Source: Neocallimastix sp. 'constans' (lineage: Eukaryota). Taken from it: a stretch of DNA of 64,000 bases. Under the pieces are notes generated by a model. That model had not been told where the DNA came from and made no database searches. It was given only the letters and a program-made list of their open reading frames with translations. The DNA lies in the NCBI GenBank assembly GCA_050613775.1, contig JBODTK010000116.1, positions 372,001 to 436,000 of the forward strand, read 5' to 3'. Position numbers and translations under genes: made by a program. How positions within the stretch are numbered: position 1 is the first letter of the stretch; each line of letters begins with the position of its first letter. Positions 18,290 through 32,935 of this stretch are shown here, one piece after another.

Positions 18290-18640
18290 ATTATTATTAA
18301 ATGATTTTATTATTATTATTATTATTATTAAATGATTTTATTATTATTATTATAATTATTATTATTAAATGATTTTATTATTATTATTATAATTATTATT
18401 ATTAAATGATTTTATTATTATTATTATAATTATTATTAAATGATTTTTTTATTATTATTATAATTATTATTAAATGATTTTATTATTATTATAATTATTA
18501 TTATTAAATGATTTTATTATTATTATTATAATTATTATTATTAAATGATTTTATTATTATTATAATTATTATTATTAAATGATTTTATTATTATTATTAT
18601 TATTATTATATTAAATGATTTTATTATTATTATTACTAGT
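18290..18640. repeat. Minisatellite of about 30-37 bp (AAATGATTTT(ATT)nATAATT(ATT)n), about 11 copies
   Basis: Recurring AAATGATTTT anchor with variable ATT counts. Confidence 0.85.
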
Positions 18641-20747
18641 ATTATTATTATTATTATTATTAGATTTTATTATAATTGTTGACTGCACTAATATTTTAAT
18701 CATATATTTAAATTATTTATTTAAAATATTTATTTACTTCTAATATTTATTTATATCTAATATTTATTTATTTCTAATATTTATTTATTTATATCTATGT
18801 GCATTTATTTATTTATTTATATTTAATGATTTTTAAAATGTATTATGATCTTTCTTTGAAATATTATTATAGATCTAAATTTAATTAAAGCTCCACAATT
18901 ATTTTTTTTTTTTCTTATTATTATGTAAAATATATTAATATTATTAAAATAAAATATATTAAGTAAAAAATTTAATATAAATTAAAATTTAATTATTTTT
19001 TATAATATTTAATAATCTCACTAACAAATGGTTATTAATTATCCCAATTACCATGATTATTATAATGGATTATGGAAAGATATATTTGTTATGGTCATTG
19101 AATGTTCAAATGATGGTGTTCTAAATAAAATTTTTAATAATTATTATTTATTATTTATTATTTATTATTTATTATTTATTATTTATTATTTAATTATTTA
19201 TTATTTATTATTTATTATTTATTATTTATTATTTATTATTTATTATTTATTATTTAATTATTTATTATTTATTATTTATTATTTATTATTTATTATTTAT
19301 TACTTATTATTTATTGTTTATTGTTTATTAATAAATACTTTTTTTATTATTCATTATTTATTGTTTATTAATAAATACTCTTTCTATTATTTATTATTTA
19401 TTATTTATAAGATTATCTTTTTTTTATTAAATTAGATTGAATATGAATTAAAGTTTAAGATTATCTTTTTCTTTTTTTGGGAGATTCTATCTTTACCGCA
19501 AATGATAGTAAATGATATGAACTAATTAGGGTTAGACTTAATAAATAAATAAATAATAAAGATAAAAAAAAAAGTAAAAAATAAAATTTTATATAGAATT
19601 CTATTTATAATATACATATAAAAAACTCATTCAAATATAAATATATTATTTTTTAAAATTTTAATTTTTGATTTTTAATTTTTTTTGTTTTTTTAATTTT
19701 ATCCTTAATTTTTGTTTTTCTTTTCTTATTTATTTTTCTAAATATAAAATTTAATAAGAGATTACATTATTTTTTTTTTTTAATTTTGTATAACCATACA
19801 GTTTAATTCTGTATAATCAATTAAATTAATTTTTAATTTAATTTAATATTTTATATTAAAGAAATAAATGAAATAATTTTTTTTTTTTCAAATGATTTAT
19901 AATTATTATTATTAATTTTTAACTATTCATTCAAATAAATATTTGTTTTAAATATTCATTTTGTTTTGAATATTTTATTATAAAAATTGTTTATTATTAC
20001 TACTATAAAATATTGGATTATTTTAATTTTATGTTAAGTCGATATTATTTTGTATCTATTTAACAAAAATTTAATTATTGTTTAATTAATATATTTATAT
20101 TACATTCTATCATATTTATTATTAATAACCATATTTAAATGTTTTTTAATGTTTTATGTTTTAATTTTGGTTATTATTATTAATTATTATTATTAATAAT
20201 TTTTTAATTTAAAAATTTAATTTTATTGTTATTTTGTTATTTGTTTTATTTCTTTTTTTTTTTTTTTTTTATATATTAAAATTTATTCAATCTTTTTTTT
20301 TTTTTTTTATAAATATTTAAATGGTAATTATTATAATTGAAATAATTAATTTTTAAATTTGTTTCGATAAAAAATTTAAAAACTTTATATAAAAAAAAAT
20401 AAAAAAAAATAAAAAAATTTTTTTGTATATAAAAGGAATAATTTTCTGTCAATTTTTAAATACTTTTTTGTAAATATAATTTACAAAAAAAAATATATTA
20501 CTCTATTTAAAAAAATTTACATATGTTCTTATAAAAATGTTTTTATTTTATTTTGAATAAAAATAAATAATATAAACATATGTAAATTTAATTTGTAAAA
20601 TAAAAAAAATAAAATAAAATAAAATAAATATATATTTAAATCTATTATTTTGACATATAAATAATAATAATAATAATAATTATATTATTAAATAAAATAT
20701 ATATATATCTTTTTTTATTTTGTACACAAAAAAAATATTAAATAAAA

Positions 20748-21839
20748 ATGATTATTAAGGATATAAACTTTATTTCAGCTATTGAAAAATCAAATGATAA
20801 TATCAATGTAAATAATAATAATATTTTCAATAAAAGACAATGGCCTGCACCTCCACCGGGATGGCAACCACCACAAGGATGGCAACCACCTCCTGTAAAT
20901 TGGCAACCACCACAAGGTTGGCAACCACCACCACCAGGTTGGCCAAACCCATGGAATATTAATAACAATAACAACAACAATAATAATAATAACAACAACA
21001 ACAATAATAATAATAACAATAATAACAGCAATAAAAATAATAATAATAGTAATAAAAATAATAATAATAGTAATACAAAAAAGGAAAAAGAAAAAACTAC
21101 TACTACAGCATCAAATAAAAATAAAAATACTAATACTACTAATAATAATAAAGTAAAAGAAAATAATAATGCAAATCCTACTAAAGCTGTTAATAAAACA
21201 GGTTCATCAGCTAAATCAGAATTCTTAAAGGAAGAATCATCTGATAAAAGTTCAACTGTAAATCCTGTAAATAGTGCTATTGCCAATGAGGAAAAAATTG
21301 AAGAAAATGTTGAATCATTTAGTAATGATAATGCAATTGAAATTAGCCGTAATGACGCCTCCCAGTCTTATCACGATAATTCAATGAATAAGAATTCGGA
21401 AATCTCAATTGATGGAAATTCAAAAGGAGGTAATAATACTGGTTCTACTATTGCTACTGTTAGTATTATAGTTGCTATTATTGCATTATTTATTGCAGGA
21501 GGATTTATATTTATTCATAAAAAAAGAGTTTATGATAGAAATAATAGAAACAAGGAAAATATAGAAAATAAGGAAAATGGAAATTTTGAAGAAATTGTTA
21601 TTAATGGTAATAATGACGAAAATAAGAAAGACCTCTCTTGTAATAATAATAAAGAAGTTGTTATTAATACTGATTCATTTAACAGTATGGAAAGACCAGA
21701 AACATTGAAATATGAACCAGATCATGGAATTATAAATGCTTTTCATGATCTACTTGTTGATGATGACAATAGAAGAGAAAGTTCCAATGTTACGCTTATA
21801 ACAGATGATGATGAAAAACAATTAATAAAAGGAAACTAA
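20748..21839 (+). CDS. Putative single-pass membrane protein with PPxGWQ repeats and an Asn/Ser/Thr-rich stalk; 5' end uncertain
   Basis: 363-aa ORF: KR then Pro/Trp/Gln repeats, poly-N, one hydrophobic helix (IATVSIIVAIIALFIAGGFIFI) followed by HKKR, acidic tail. No clear signal peptide, so an upstream exon may be missing. Confidence 0.78.
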   Translation: MIIKDINFISAIEKSNDNINVNNNNIFNKRQWPAPPPGWQPPQGWQPPPVNWQPPQGWQPPPPGWPNPWNINNNNNNNNNNNNNNNNNNNNNNSNKNNNNSNKNNNNSNTKKEKEKTTTTASNKNKNTNTTNNNKVKENNNANPTKAVNKTGSSAKSEFLKEESSDKSSTVNPVNSAIANEEKIEENVESFSNDNAIEISRNDASQSYHDNSMNKNSEISIDGNSKGGNNTGSTIATVSIIVAIIALFIAGGFIFIHKKRVYDRNNRNKENIENKENGNFEEIVINGNNDENKKDLSCNNNKEVVINTDSFNSMERPETLKYEPDHGIINAFHDLLVDDDNRRESSNVTLITDDDEKQLIKGN

Positions 21840-23823
21840 TAGAATGGTGTAAAAAATAATAATAATAATTTTATTATTATAAATATTGATCTTCGCAAGA
21901 GTGAAAATTAATATATTATATATCATATAAAAAAAAATAAAAATATATAATAAAAATTATATAAAAGTTTAATAATTAATTTAAAAAGTAAAAAAAAATA
22001 ATAATTCTGAAAGTTATACCTCTTATCAATCAAAAATTAATAATTTATTGTACAAAATATTTATATAAATTAAGGAATTGAATTTATTATAATATGTAAT
22101 ATTAAAAAAAAAAAAAAAAAAAAAACATTCTTGTATGTACAGTTCTTTTTTTTTTTTTTTATTGCTATCATAGAATAATCACATAAATAATCACATAATA
22201 AAATAAAAGTCAATACTTAATGAAGAAAAAAAAAAAAAAAAAAAGATAATAAAATAGAATAAATGTAAATTTTTTAGAATAGAATCATAGAATAAAAAAA
22301 AAAAAAATTTTTTTTTTTTAAAAAATAGAATCATAGAATAAAAGGAAAAAAAAAAATTTTAAAATATAGAATCGTAGAGTAAAATTAAAGTCAATTCTTA
22401 ATGAAGAAAAAAAAAAAAAGGTTATAAAAAAGAAAAAATGACTATCATAGAATTTTTTTTTTTAAAGTCAAATAATTAAATAAAATTATAATTTTTTTTT
22501 TTTAAGGTCAAATAAATAAATAAAATTAAAAATACAAATTTATATTATTATACATTATTATATATCATTAATAATATATATAATAATGAATATAATTAAT
22601 AATAAATATTATTATAATAATAATAATAATAATATATATAAACATATTATATAAGGTTTATTAACATATATTAAAATTGAACCAAATAATAAAATAACTA
22701 AATATATATTAAAAAAAAAAAAAAAAAATTAAAATAACAATAAACAAAAAAGAACAGCAATTCATTAATTAAGAATAAAATATATAAATTAATAAAAAAA
22801 AAGTAAAAATAAAAATAAATAAATTAAAAAAAAAAAAATAAAGATAAAAAATATTAAATTAGTAACTTAATTAAGCTCAAATTAAATATTACTATTATTA
22901 ATATTTTTTTTAAATATATATATTTAAAATATATATTAATAAAATAAAATATAAATAAAATATAAATAAAATAAAATATTTATAAAATAATATAATATAT
23001 TCTTTTTTTTTTTTCTGGCTTTATATTATTTATTTAATAAAATAATATGTTCTTTTTATTTTATAGATTTTTAGTTTTATTTTATATTATTATTTTTTTT
23101 AATTAATAAAATAATGTATTGTTTTTATTTTATGGATTTTAAGTTCTATTTTTTTTTTTTATTATTTTTTATTAGATAAAATAATGTTTTCTTTTTATTT
23201 TGTGGATTTTTTGTATTATTTTTATTATTTTTTATATTTACTTTTTTTTATTTAATAAAATAATGTATTATTTTTATTTTATGAAATTTTAGTAGTATTT
23301 TATTTTATTTTTATTTTATATTTTATTTTATAAATAAAAATTATAAATTATAAATTTAAATAAAAAATCCATATAAAATCTCTTTTCATTTTTTGTATAA
23401 TACTGTGTATAAAATTATTTGTTAAACTAAGGTTCAAATTAAAATCAACAATATCTATAATAAAACTAAAGTTCTATTTAAAAAATATTACTGACTTATT
23501 AATTATTTAAAGATTATAATTAAAGATAATATTATTATAGATTATATAAGATAATAAATTACGTTTACTTATTATCTTTATATAGCCTTATATAACAGGA
23601 AGATGGCTTACTATTAAACTTATAATAATAGATATAATATAATTACGCCTTATTTTTTTGATATAGAAATAGTTAGAATTATAAAGATTAATAAATTTTA
23701 ATATTTAGTCATTAAATGATAAATTATAAACTATTACTATTAATTATTATTATTACTAATATATTATTATTATCATTATTATTATAATTATAATTGTTAT
23801 CATTATTATTATTATAATTATAA

Positions 23824-23828
<5 letters not shown>

Positions 23829-23904
<76 letters not shown>
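23829..23904. repeat. (ATT)n microsatellite
   Basis: Pure ATT run between diverged inverted arms. Confidence 0.9.
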
Positions 23905-23906
<2 letters not shown>

Positions 23907-24771
23907 AAAATTAATAAAATTTAATATTTAATCAATAAATGACAATTCTAAATATATTAATATCATAAAATAAGGCATGACTATACTTTATCTATTATTA
24001 TAAGTTTAATAGCATGCTATCTTCTTTCTAGATAAGACTATATAAAAATAATAATTAAACGCAATCCATTATCTTTAAAATCTATAACTATGATATCTTT
24101 AATTATAACCTTTAAATAATAAATAAGTAATAGTATTTATTATATTATATTAATTAAAATAGTCTCTATATAATGTATAATCTTAGATACTCTTTAAATA
24201 TTTATTTTATTTTATTTTTACCCTATTTATCTTCTTATAAATTACACTCTTATTATAAAATTTTAAAAATAAAATTATTAATATACATACTATTTCATTT
24301 TTTAATAATATTATTGTTTATTTTTTATTATTTCCATTTATATTTTATTATATTTTATAATATTTAATAATTTTTATTTATAAATAATATAAAAGATTAA
24401 ATATATATTTATTAATTTTATTTAAATTACTTATTATTAAATTAAAACTTTAAATTCCTAAAAAAATAGTTCTATTATTCCTTTTAAAATTTCTATAGTT
24501 TAGAAAAAAAATTTTTTTTAATGAATTTAAAAGGGTATTTTAAATTTAAAGAATTCAAAAAATATATATATATATAACTAAATTATTAATAATTCTATAT
24601 TATTTTTAAAAATAAGCAAATTTTAATAATGCATTAATAAATATTAATTATAAATAAATGATAATTCTAAATAAATTATAATTCTAACTACTTTTATATC
24701 TAAAATAAATAAATAGATAGTTAAATAAATATAGTATTAATGTTTAATTATTGTTTAATAAGATTATTTCA

Positions 24772-26007
24772 TTAATAATAATAAATGATTTGTTGAGATG
24801 GTTCTTGAATATAAATTAAAGGTTGTTCATATTTATTCATTAATTCATTAGTACTTGTTAAATAATATAGAGGTTCGGTAGATGGAATTGATGGAATACA
24901 TGAAGTAGATGGATTAGAAGGAAGTAATGAAATAGTTGAAAAAATTGGAATAGAGGATGAATCCATTAGTTCAATCTGAGAAATAGAACTTGTTTGAAAA
25001 TCGTCATCATTTGAAATTGAAGAATAGTTACTAATTGGTGTTAATGAACTTTCATTTCTTAAAATTTCATTTGATGTCAAATTTGATGTCAAATTTGATG
25101 ATTCAGATAAAGTTGGAGAAGGAATATTTGAAGAAGGAATATTTGAAACTTGTGAATTTAATGAATTTAATGAATTCGAATGATTTAAAGAATTTAAAGA
25201 ATTTAAATAATTTGATTTATTTAAATTTAATTGTTTATGTTTCTTTTCTTTAGAAATTTTATTTAAAGATTTTTCTACTTTATTCATAATATTATCTTCA
25301 AAATGACAAATATCATCATATTGTTTATTCTGAGAGAGTTCTTTCCAAATTTTAGAAATATGAGTACTATTTATGAAATCTGGACGTCCACCTGCCTTAA
25401 TAAGAACAGTAGACCATAAAAGTTTCATTTGAGATGAAGTTTTAGCATTATTATATAAAGATCTACATAAACGTTCATATGAAGGTTTAATTTCAAATTC
25501 TTCTAATTGATCTAATACCTTAGCACAAATTAAGTAACGATAAGCTTCTATTAATATTAAAATAAAAATAAATTGGTAAAATAAATAAAAAAAAATATTT
25601 ATATATTAATATTTTTTCAATATTCAATTAAAATTTAATTTTTAAAAATATATTAATAATTATATATAATTCTATTAATACTTACGAGCTCTATGAATAT
25701 TATAAATTGAAAAAAAAATATTTGAATTATTATAATAGAAATTGAATATTAAATAAAGTTTAAATAAATTAGTATTAAAATATATATTTATTAATTAAAT
25801 ATCATATATATAAATATGAAATATAAATATAATATTAATAAATGATATTTACTGTGAAATATTCCATTTCATTTTAACGAATTCATTTAAAGCATAGCCT
25901 TGCTTCTTGTATTCTTTAGAATTTAAAGAGAATTGAACCTCTTTAACTAAAGTGACGAAAGCATTTTGCTTTTCTAAATATGCACTAGATAAATTAATTT
26001 TTTGCAT
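24772..26007 (-). CDS. Five-copy family, copy 1 (exons 26007-25853, 25690-25686, 25547-24772); uncharacterised protein with possible HTH-like N-terminal domain
   Basis: GT-AG introns; the spliced frame is open: MQKINLSSAYLEKQNAFVTLVKEV...KWNISQAQAYRYLICAKVLDQL...EPSQQIIYYY*. Confidence 0.85.
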
Positions 26008-27159
26008 TTTTAAATATATTTTATTAAAATATTTTATTTATTTTCTGATAATATTTTTTATTTTTATTTTATACTTTATATTTGTTTTAAAAATTATTAT
26101 ATTATTTTATTTAATTATTTAATTATTAATTATTACTTTAATAAAAAAAAATAAAAAAAAAAAAAAAAAGTAAAATTTTAATATTTATATACAAAACAGT
26201 TTTTATTATATAGTTTTATTTAATTAATGATTTATTATTTATGTTAACGGCTATTATTTTTATTAAACATTTCTAAAAATAAAATATAAATAAAAAGTAT
26301 CTTACATCAAATATAAATAAATATTGTTTGAAAATATTTTATTTATATTTTGAATTTTTTATCATAATCAAGTAATTCTTAAATTTAACTATGTTTATTT
26401 ATTTTAATAAGCTATATTTAGAAATTAAAAAATTTTTTTGAAGCAAATTATTTTCATATTTTATTATTGTTTGTTAAAATGTATAGAATACATTATTTAC
26501 AACATATTTATATTATGATATTTTTTGTTTATATTTTTAAATTTTTGTAAACTAAATAAATTATACCAAATAACTTTATTTTTAGATTTATTCTGATTAA
26601 CATATATTTTAATATAAAATATCAACCTTAATTTTATAATAAATTTAAAATTTTTTATAAATAACAAAATTTTAAAAGGTATTACAATTTTAATTAAAAC
26701 TCTAGTTTTACTAATGCAATTTTATCCAGAGCATACAAAAGATAAAATACAAAAGATAAAAATAGATTTTATATAAAGAAAATAATTTATTATTATTATA
26801 ATAATAATAATAATAATAAAAATATTATGCTTTTATAATAATTATTATTACACTATTATTATTAAAATAATTTTAATACTTTGAAAATTATTATTCTGAA
26901 TTACTCTATTATTTTAATACATTTTATGTAATCTATAATAAATTATTCATTAACTTTAAAAATTTAATTATTTAAAAGTACTATTTCATTTTTTAATATA
27001 ATCAATGTTTTTTTATTTATTACTTTTAATAATTTTTTATTATATTATAAATATTAGTAAATTTCATATTAAATATCAAAATTTTAAATTATAAATAACT
27101 AATATAAAAGATTAAATATATATAAAAATTAAAAAAAAAATTTTTTATTATAATAAAAT

Positions 27160-27390
<231 letters not shown>

Positions 27391-28307
27391 CAATTAATAA
27401 ATTTTAATATTTAGACAATAAATGATAATTATAACTATTTCTATATCAAAAAAATAAGACCCGATTATATTATATTTATTATTATAAATTTAATAGTAAG
27501 CTATCTTTCTGCTGGATAAAACTATATAGCTAATAATTATAATATTATATATTTTATACATCTAAAATAACTTACTATAATAATTTTATACAATTATGTG
27601 TAATAAATTATTAATTATTTTTAAAGAATTTTAAAAATAGAAAAATTGTTTTTTTTTTTTTTATTTATTTATTTATTTTTATTTTTTATTTTATTTTTAA
27701 TTTTATCTATTTATTTCATTTTATTTTTACCTTAGTTACCTTCTTATGTATTATGTATTATGTATTACACTTACAAAATAAATAAAATTAATACACAAAG
27801 TATTTCATTTTTTTATATTATTTTTTTTTATTTTTAATTTTTTTCATTTATTTTATATTATTATTTAATAATTTTTATTAGTATATTTCATATTAAATTT
27901 TAAAATTTTTATTTATAAATAAATAATAGATAAAATTAACTATATATTGATGAATTTTATTATAATTACTGATTATTAAATTAAAATTTTAATTTCAATA
28001 ATTTTATTTCTATTCTATTTCTTCTAAAAAATTCTATAGTTTATAAAAAAAATTAATAAAATAATTCTTTTCTGATGATTTTAAAAGGGTATTTTAAATC
28101 TAAAGAATTCAAAAATATATATATATATAACTAAATTATTAATAATTCTATATTATTTTTAAAAATAAGCAAATTTTAATAATGTATTAATAAATAATAT
28201 TTCTTAATACATTATAATTCTAACTACTTTTATATCTAAAATAAATAAATATAGAGATAGATAAATATAGTATTAATGTTTAATTTTTTTTTAATAAGAC
28301 TATTTCA

Positions 28308-29579
28308 TTAATAATAATAAATGATTTGTTGAGATGGTTCTTGAATATAAATTAAAGATTGTTCATATTTATTCATTAATTCATTAGTACTCGTTAAATA
28401 ATATAGAGGTTCGGTAGATGGAATTGATGGAATACATGAAATTGATGGATTAGAAGGAAGAGATGAAATAGTTGAAAAAATTGGAATAGATGATGAATCC
28501 ATTGGTTCTATTTGAGAAATAGAATTTGTTTGAAAATCGTCATCATTTGAAATTGAAGAATAGTTACTAATTGGTGTTAATGAACTTTCATTTCTTAAAG
28601 TTTCATTTGATGTTAAATTTGATGATTCAGATAAAGTTGGAGAAGGAATATTTGAAGAAGGAATATTTGAAGAAGGAATATTTGAAGAAGGAATATTTGA
28701 AGAAGGAATATTTGAAATTTGTGAATTTAATGAATTTAATGAATTCGAATGATTTAAAGAATTTGAAGAATTTAAATAATTTTATTTATTTAAATTTAAT
28801 TGTTTATGTTTCTTTTCTTTAGAAATTTTATTTAAAGATTTTTCTACTTTATTCATAATATTATCTTCAAAGTGACAAATATCATCATATTGTTTATTTT
28901 GAGAGAGTTCTTTCAAAATTTTAGAAATATGAGTACTATTTATGAAATCTGGACGACCACCTGCCTTAATAAGAACAGTAGACCATAAAAGTTTCATTTG
29001 AGATGAAGTTTTAGCATTATTATATAAAGATCTACATAAACGTTCATATGAAGGTTTAATTTCAAATTCTTTTAATTGATCTAATACCTTAGCACAAATT
29101 AAGTAACGATAAGCTTCTATTAATATTAAAATAAAAATAAATTGGTAAAATAAATAAAAAAAAATATTTATATATTAATATTTTTTCAATATTCAATTAA
29201 AATTTAATTTTTAAAAATATATTAATAATTATATATAATTCTATTAATACTTACGAGCTCTATGAATATTATAAATTGAAAATAAAAATATTTGAATTAT
29301 TATAATAAAAATTAAAATATTAAATAAATTATTTAAATAAATTAGTATTAAAATAAATATTTATTAATTAAATATCATATATATATTTTATTATATAAAT
29401 ATAATATTAATAAATGATATTTACTGTGAAATATTCCATTTCATTTTAATGAATTCATTTAAAACATAGCCTTGCTTTTTATATTCTTTTGAATTTAAAT
29501 AGAATTGAACCTCCTTAACTAAAGTGACGAAAGCATTTTGCTTTTCTAAATATGCACTGGATAAATTAATTTTTTGCAT
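28308..29579 (-). pseudogene. Five-copy family, copy 2 (exons 29579-29425, 29259-29255, 29116-28308) with premature stop
   Basis: TCA to TAA at 28784-28782 after LNLNK; also W to L (KIWKE to KILKE) and private S to Y, A to V, V to I changes in exon 1. Confidence 0.83.
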
Positions 29580-31572
29580 TTTTAAATATATTTTATTAAA
29601 ATATTTTATTTATTTTCTGATAATATTTATAATTTTTATTTTATACTTTATATTTGTTTTAAAAATTCTTATATTATTATATTTAATTATTTAATTATTT
29701 AATTATTTAATTATTTAATTATTAATTATTACTTTAATAATTAAAAATAAAATAAAAAAAAAAAAAAAAGTAAAATTTTAATATTTATATACAAAATAAT
29801 TTTTATTACATAAATTTATTTAATTAATGATTTATTATTTATGTTAACGGCTATTATTTTTATTAAACATTTCTAAAAATAAAATATAAATAAAAAGTAT
29901 CTTACATCAAATATAAATAAATATTGTTTGAAAATATTTTATTTATATTTTGAATTTTACATCATAATCAAGTAATTCTTAAATTTTACTTTGTTTATTT
30001 ATTTTAATAACCTATATTTAGAAATTAAAAATTTTTTGAAGCTAAATATTTTCAAATTTTATTATTGTTTGTTAAAATGTATAGAATACATTATTTACAA
30101 CATATTTATATTATGATATTTTTTGTTTATTTATTTAAATTTTTGTAAACTAAATAAATTATACCAAATAAATTTATTTTTAGATTAATTCTAATTTACA
30201 TATATTTTAATATAAAATATCAACCTTAATTTTATAATAAAATTAAAATTTTTTATAAATAACAAAATTTTAATAGGTATTACAATTTTAATTAAAACTT
30301 TCGTTTTACTAGTGCAATTTTATCCAGGGTTATACAAAAGATAAAATTCAAAAGATAAAAATAGATTTTATATGGATTTTTCATATAAAGTACATAATAA
30401 TAATAATAATAATAACATTTTTAAAATAGTTATAATAATAGTAATGATAATAATAATAATAATAATTATAATAATAATTATTATATAATAAAATTTTGAT
30501 ATTTAATATGAAATATATAATATAATACAATATAAAAATTAAATTATTAAAAAATGAAATAGGGCTTTTTAATAATTTAATTTTTAAAGTTAATTAATGA
30601 ATAATTTGTTATAGATTACTTATAATGCATAATGTATGAAAAATATTATTATAAATTACTCTAATATTTTGAATGTTATTATTATAAATTACTCTATTAT
30701 TATTAAAGTATTAACATTATTTTAATTATTATAATTGTGTTAATACTTTTATTAAAATTATTATAATTATTTTAAAAGTATTATACAATTATTATTATTA
30801 TAAAATAATTATAAATTATGTATTTTATATGAAAAATCCATATAAAATCTATTTTTATCTTTTGTATTTTATCTTTTGTATAACCCTGGATAAAATTGCA
30901 TTAGTAAAACGAAAGTTTTAATTAAAATTGTAATACCTTTTAAAATTTTGTTAATTATAAAAATTTAAATTTTATTATAAAATTACCATTGATTATTTTA
31001 TAAAAAAAAAATAGAATGTTAATTAGAATTAATCTAAAAATGAATTTATTTGGTATAATTTATTTAGTTTACAAAAATTTAAAAATATAAAAAAAAATAT
31101 CAAAATATAAATATGTTGTAAATAATGTTTTCTATACATATTAACAAACAATAATAAAATATGTAAAGATTTAGCTTCAAAAAATTTTTAATTTCTAAAT
31201 ATAGGTTATTAAAATAAATAATAAATAAACAAAGTAAAATTTAAGAATTACTTGATTATTATATAATATTCCAAATATAAATAAAATATTTTCAAACAAT
31301 ATTTATTTATATTTGATGTAAGATACTTTTTATTTATATTTTATTTTTAGAAATGTTTAATAAAAACAATAGCCATTAACATAAATAATAAATCATTAAT
31401 TAAATAAAATTATATAATAAAAATTGTTTTGTATATAAATATTAAAATTTTACTTTTTTTTTTTTATTTTATTTTTTATTATTAATAAAGTAATAACTAA
31501 TAATTAAAAATTAAAAAATTAAATATAATATTAAAAGAATTTTAAAACTAATATAAAATACAAAATAAATAA

Positions 31573-31626
<54 letters not shown>

Positions 31627-31671
31627 ATTACCATTAAATAAATAAAATATTTTAATAAAATATATTTAAAA

Positions 31672-32935
31672 ATGCAAAAAATTAATTTATCCAGTGCATA
31701 TTTAGAAAAGCAAAATGCTTTCGTCACTTTAGTTAAGGAGGTTCAATTTTCTTTAAATTCAAAAGAATACAAGAAGCAAGGCTATGCTTTAAATGAATTC
31801 GTTAAAATGAAATGGAATATTTCACAGTAAATATCATTTATTAATATTATATTTATATTTAATATTTATATATATAGTATTTAATTTATAAATATTTAAT
31901 TTAATACTAATTTATTTAAACAATTTATTTAATATATTAATTTCTGTTACAATAATTCATATATTTTTATTTTCAATTTATAATATTCATAGAGCTCGTA
32001 AGTATTATTAGAATTATATATAATTATTAATATTTTTTAAAAAATAAATTTTAATTGAATATTGAAAAAAATATTAATAAATAAATATTTTTTTTTATTT
32101 ATTATATCAATTTATTTTTATTTTACTATAAATAGAGGCTTATCGTTACTTAATTTGTGCTAAGGTATTAGATCAATTAGAAGAATTTGAAATTAAACCT
32201 TCATATGAACGTTTATGTAGATCTTTATATAATAATGCTAAAACTTCATCTCAAATGAAACTTTTATGGTCTACTGTTCTTATTAAGGCAGGTGGTCGCC
32301 CAGATTTCATAAATAGTACTCATATTTCTAAAATTTGGAAAGAACTCTCTCAAAATAAACAATATGATGATATTTGTCATTTTGAAGATAATATTATGAA
32401 TAAAGTAGAAAAATCTTTAAATAAAATTTCTAAAGAAAAGAAACATAAACAATTAAATTTAAATAAATCAAATTATTTAAATTCTTTAAATTCTTTAAAT
32501 CATTCGAATTCATTAAATTCATTAAATTCATTAAGTTCTTTAAATTCATTAAATTCACAAATTTCAAATATTCCTTCTCCAACTTTATCTGAATCATCAA
32601 ATTTAACATCAAATTTAACATCAAATTTAACATCAAATGAAACTTTAAGAAATGAAAGTTCATTAACACCAATTAGTAACTATTCTTCAATTTCAAATGA
32701 TGACGATTTTCAAACAAGTTCTATTTCTCAAATTGAACCAATAAATTCATCATCTATTCCAATTTTTTCAACTATTTCATCACTTCCTTCTAATCCATCT
32801 ATTTCATGTATGCCATCAATTCCATTTACCGAACCTCTTTACTATTTAACAAGTTCTACTGAATTAATGAATGAATATGAACAACCTTTAATTTATATTC
32901 AAGAACCATCTCAACAAATCATTTATTATTATTAA
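31672..32935 (+). CDS. Five-copy family, copy 3 (exons 31672-31826, 31993-31997, 32136-32935)
   Basis: TCACA|gtaaat ... catag|AGCTC|gtaagt ... aatag|AGGCTTAT gives an open frame. Confidence 0.86.

Noticed and set aside
17006..19435. ORFs 17006-17248 and 19028-19435
   Set aside because: The first overlaps the MULE TIR; the second is mostly translated (TTATTTA)n low-complexity DNA.
20738..21286. Antisense poly-Leu ORF
   Set aside because: Mirror of the poly-Asn/Pro coding strand.
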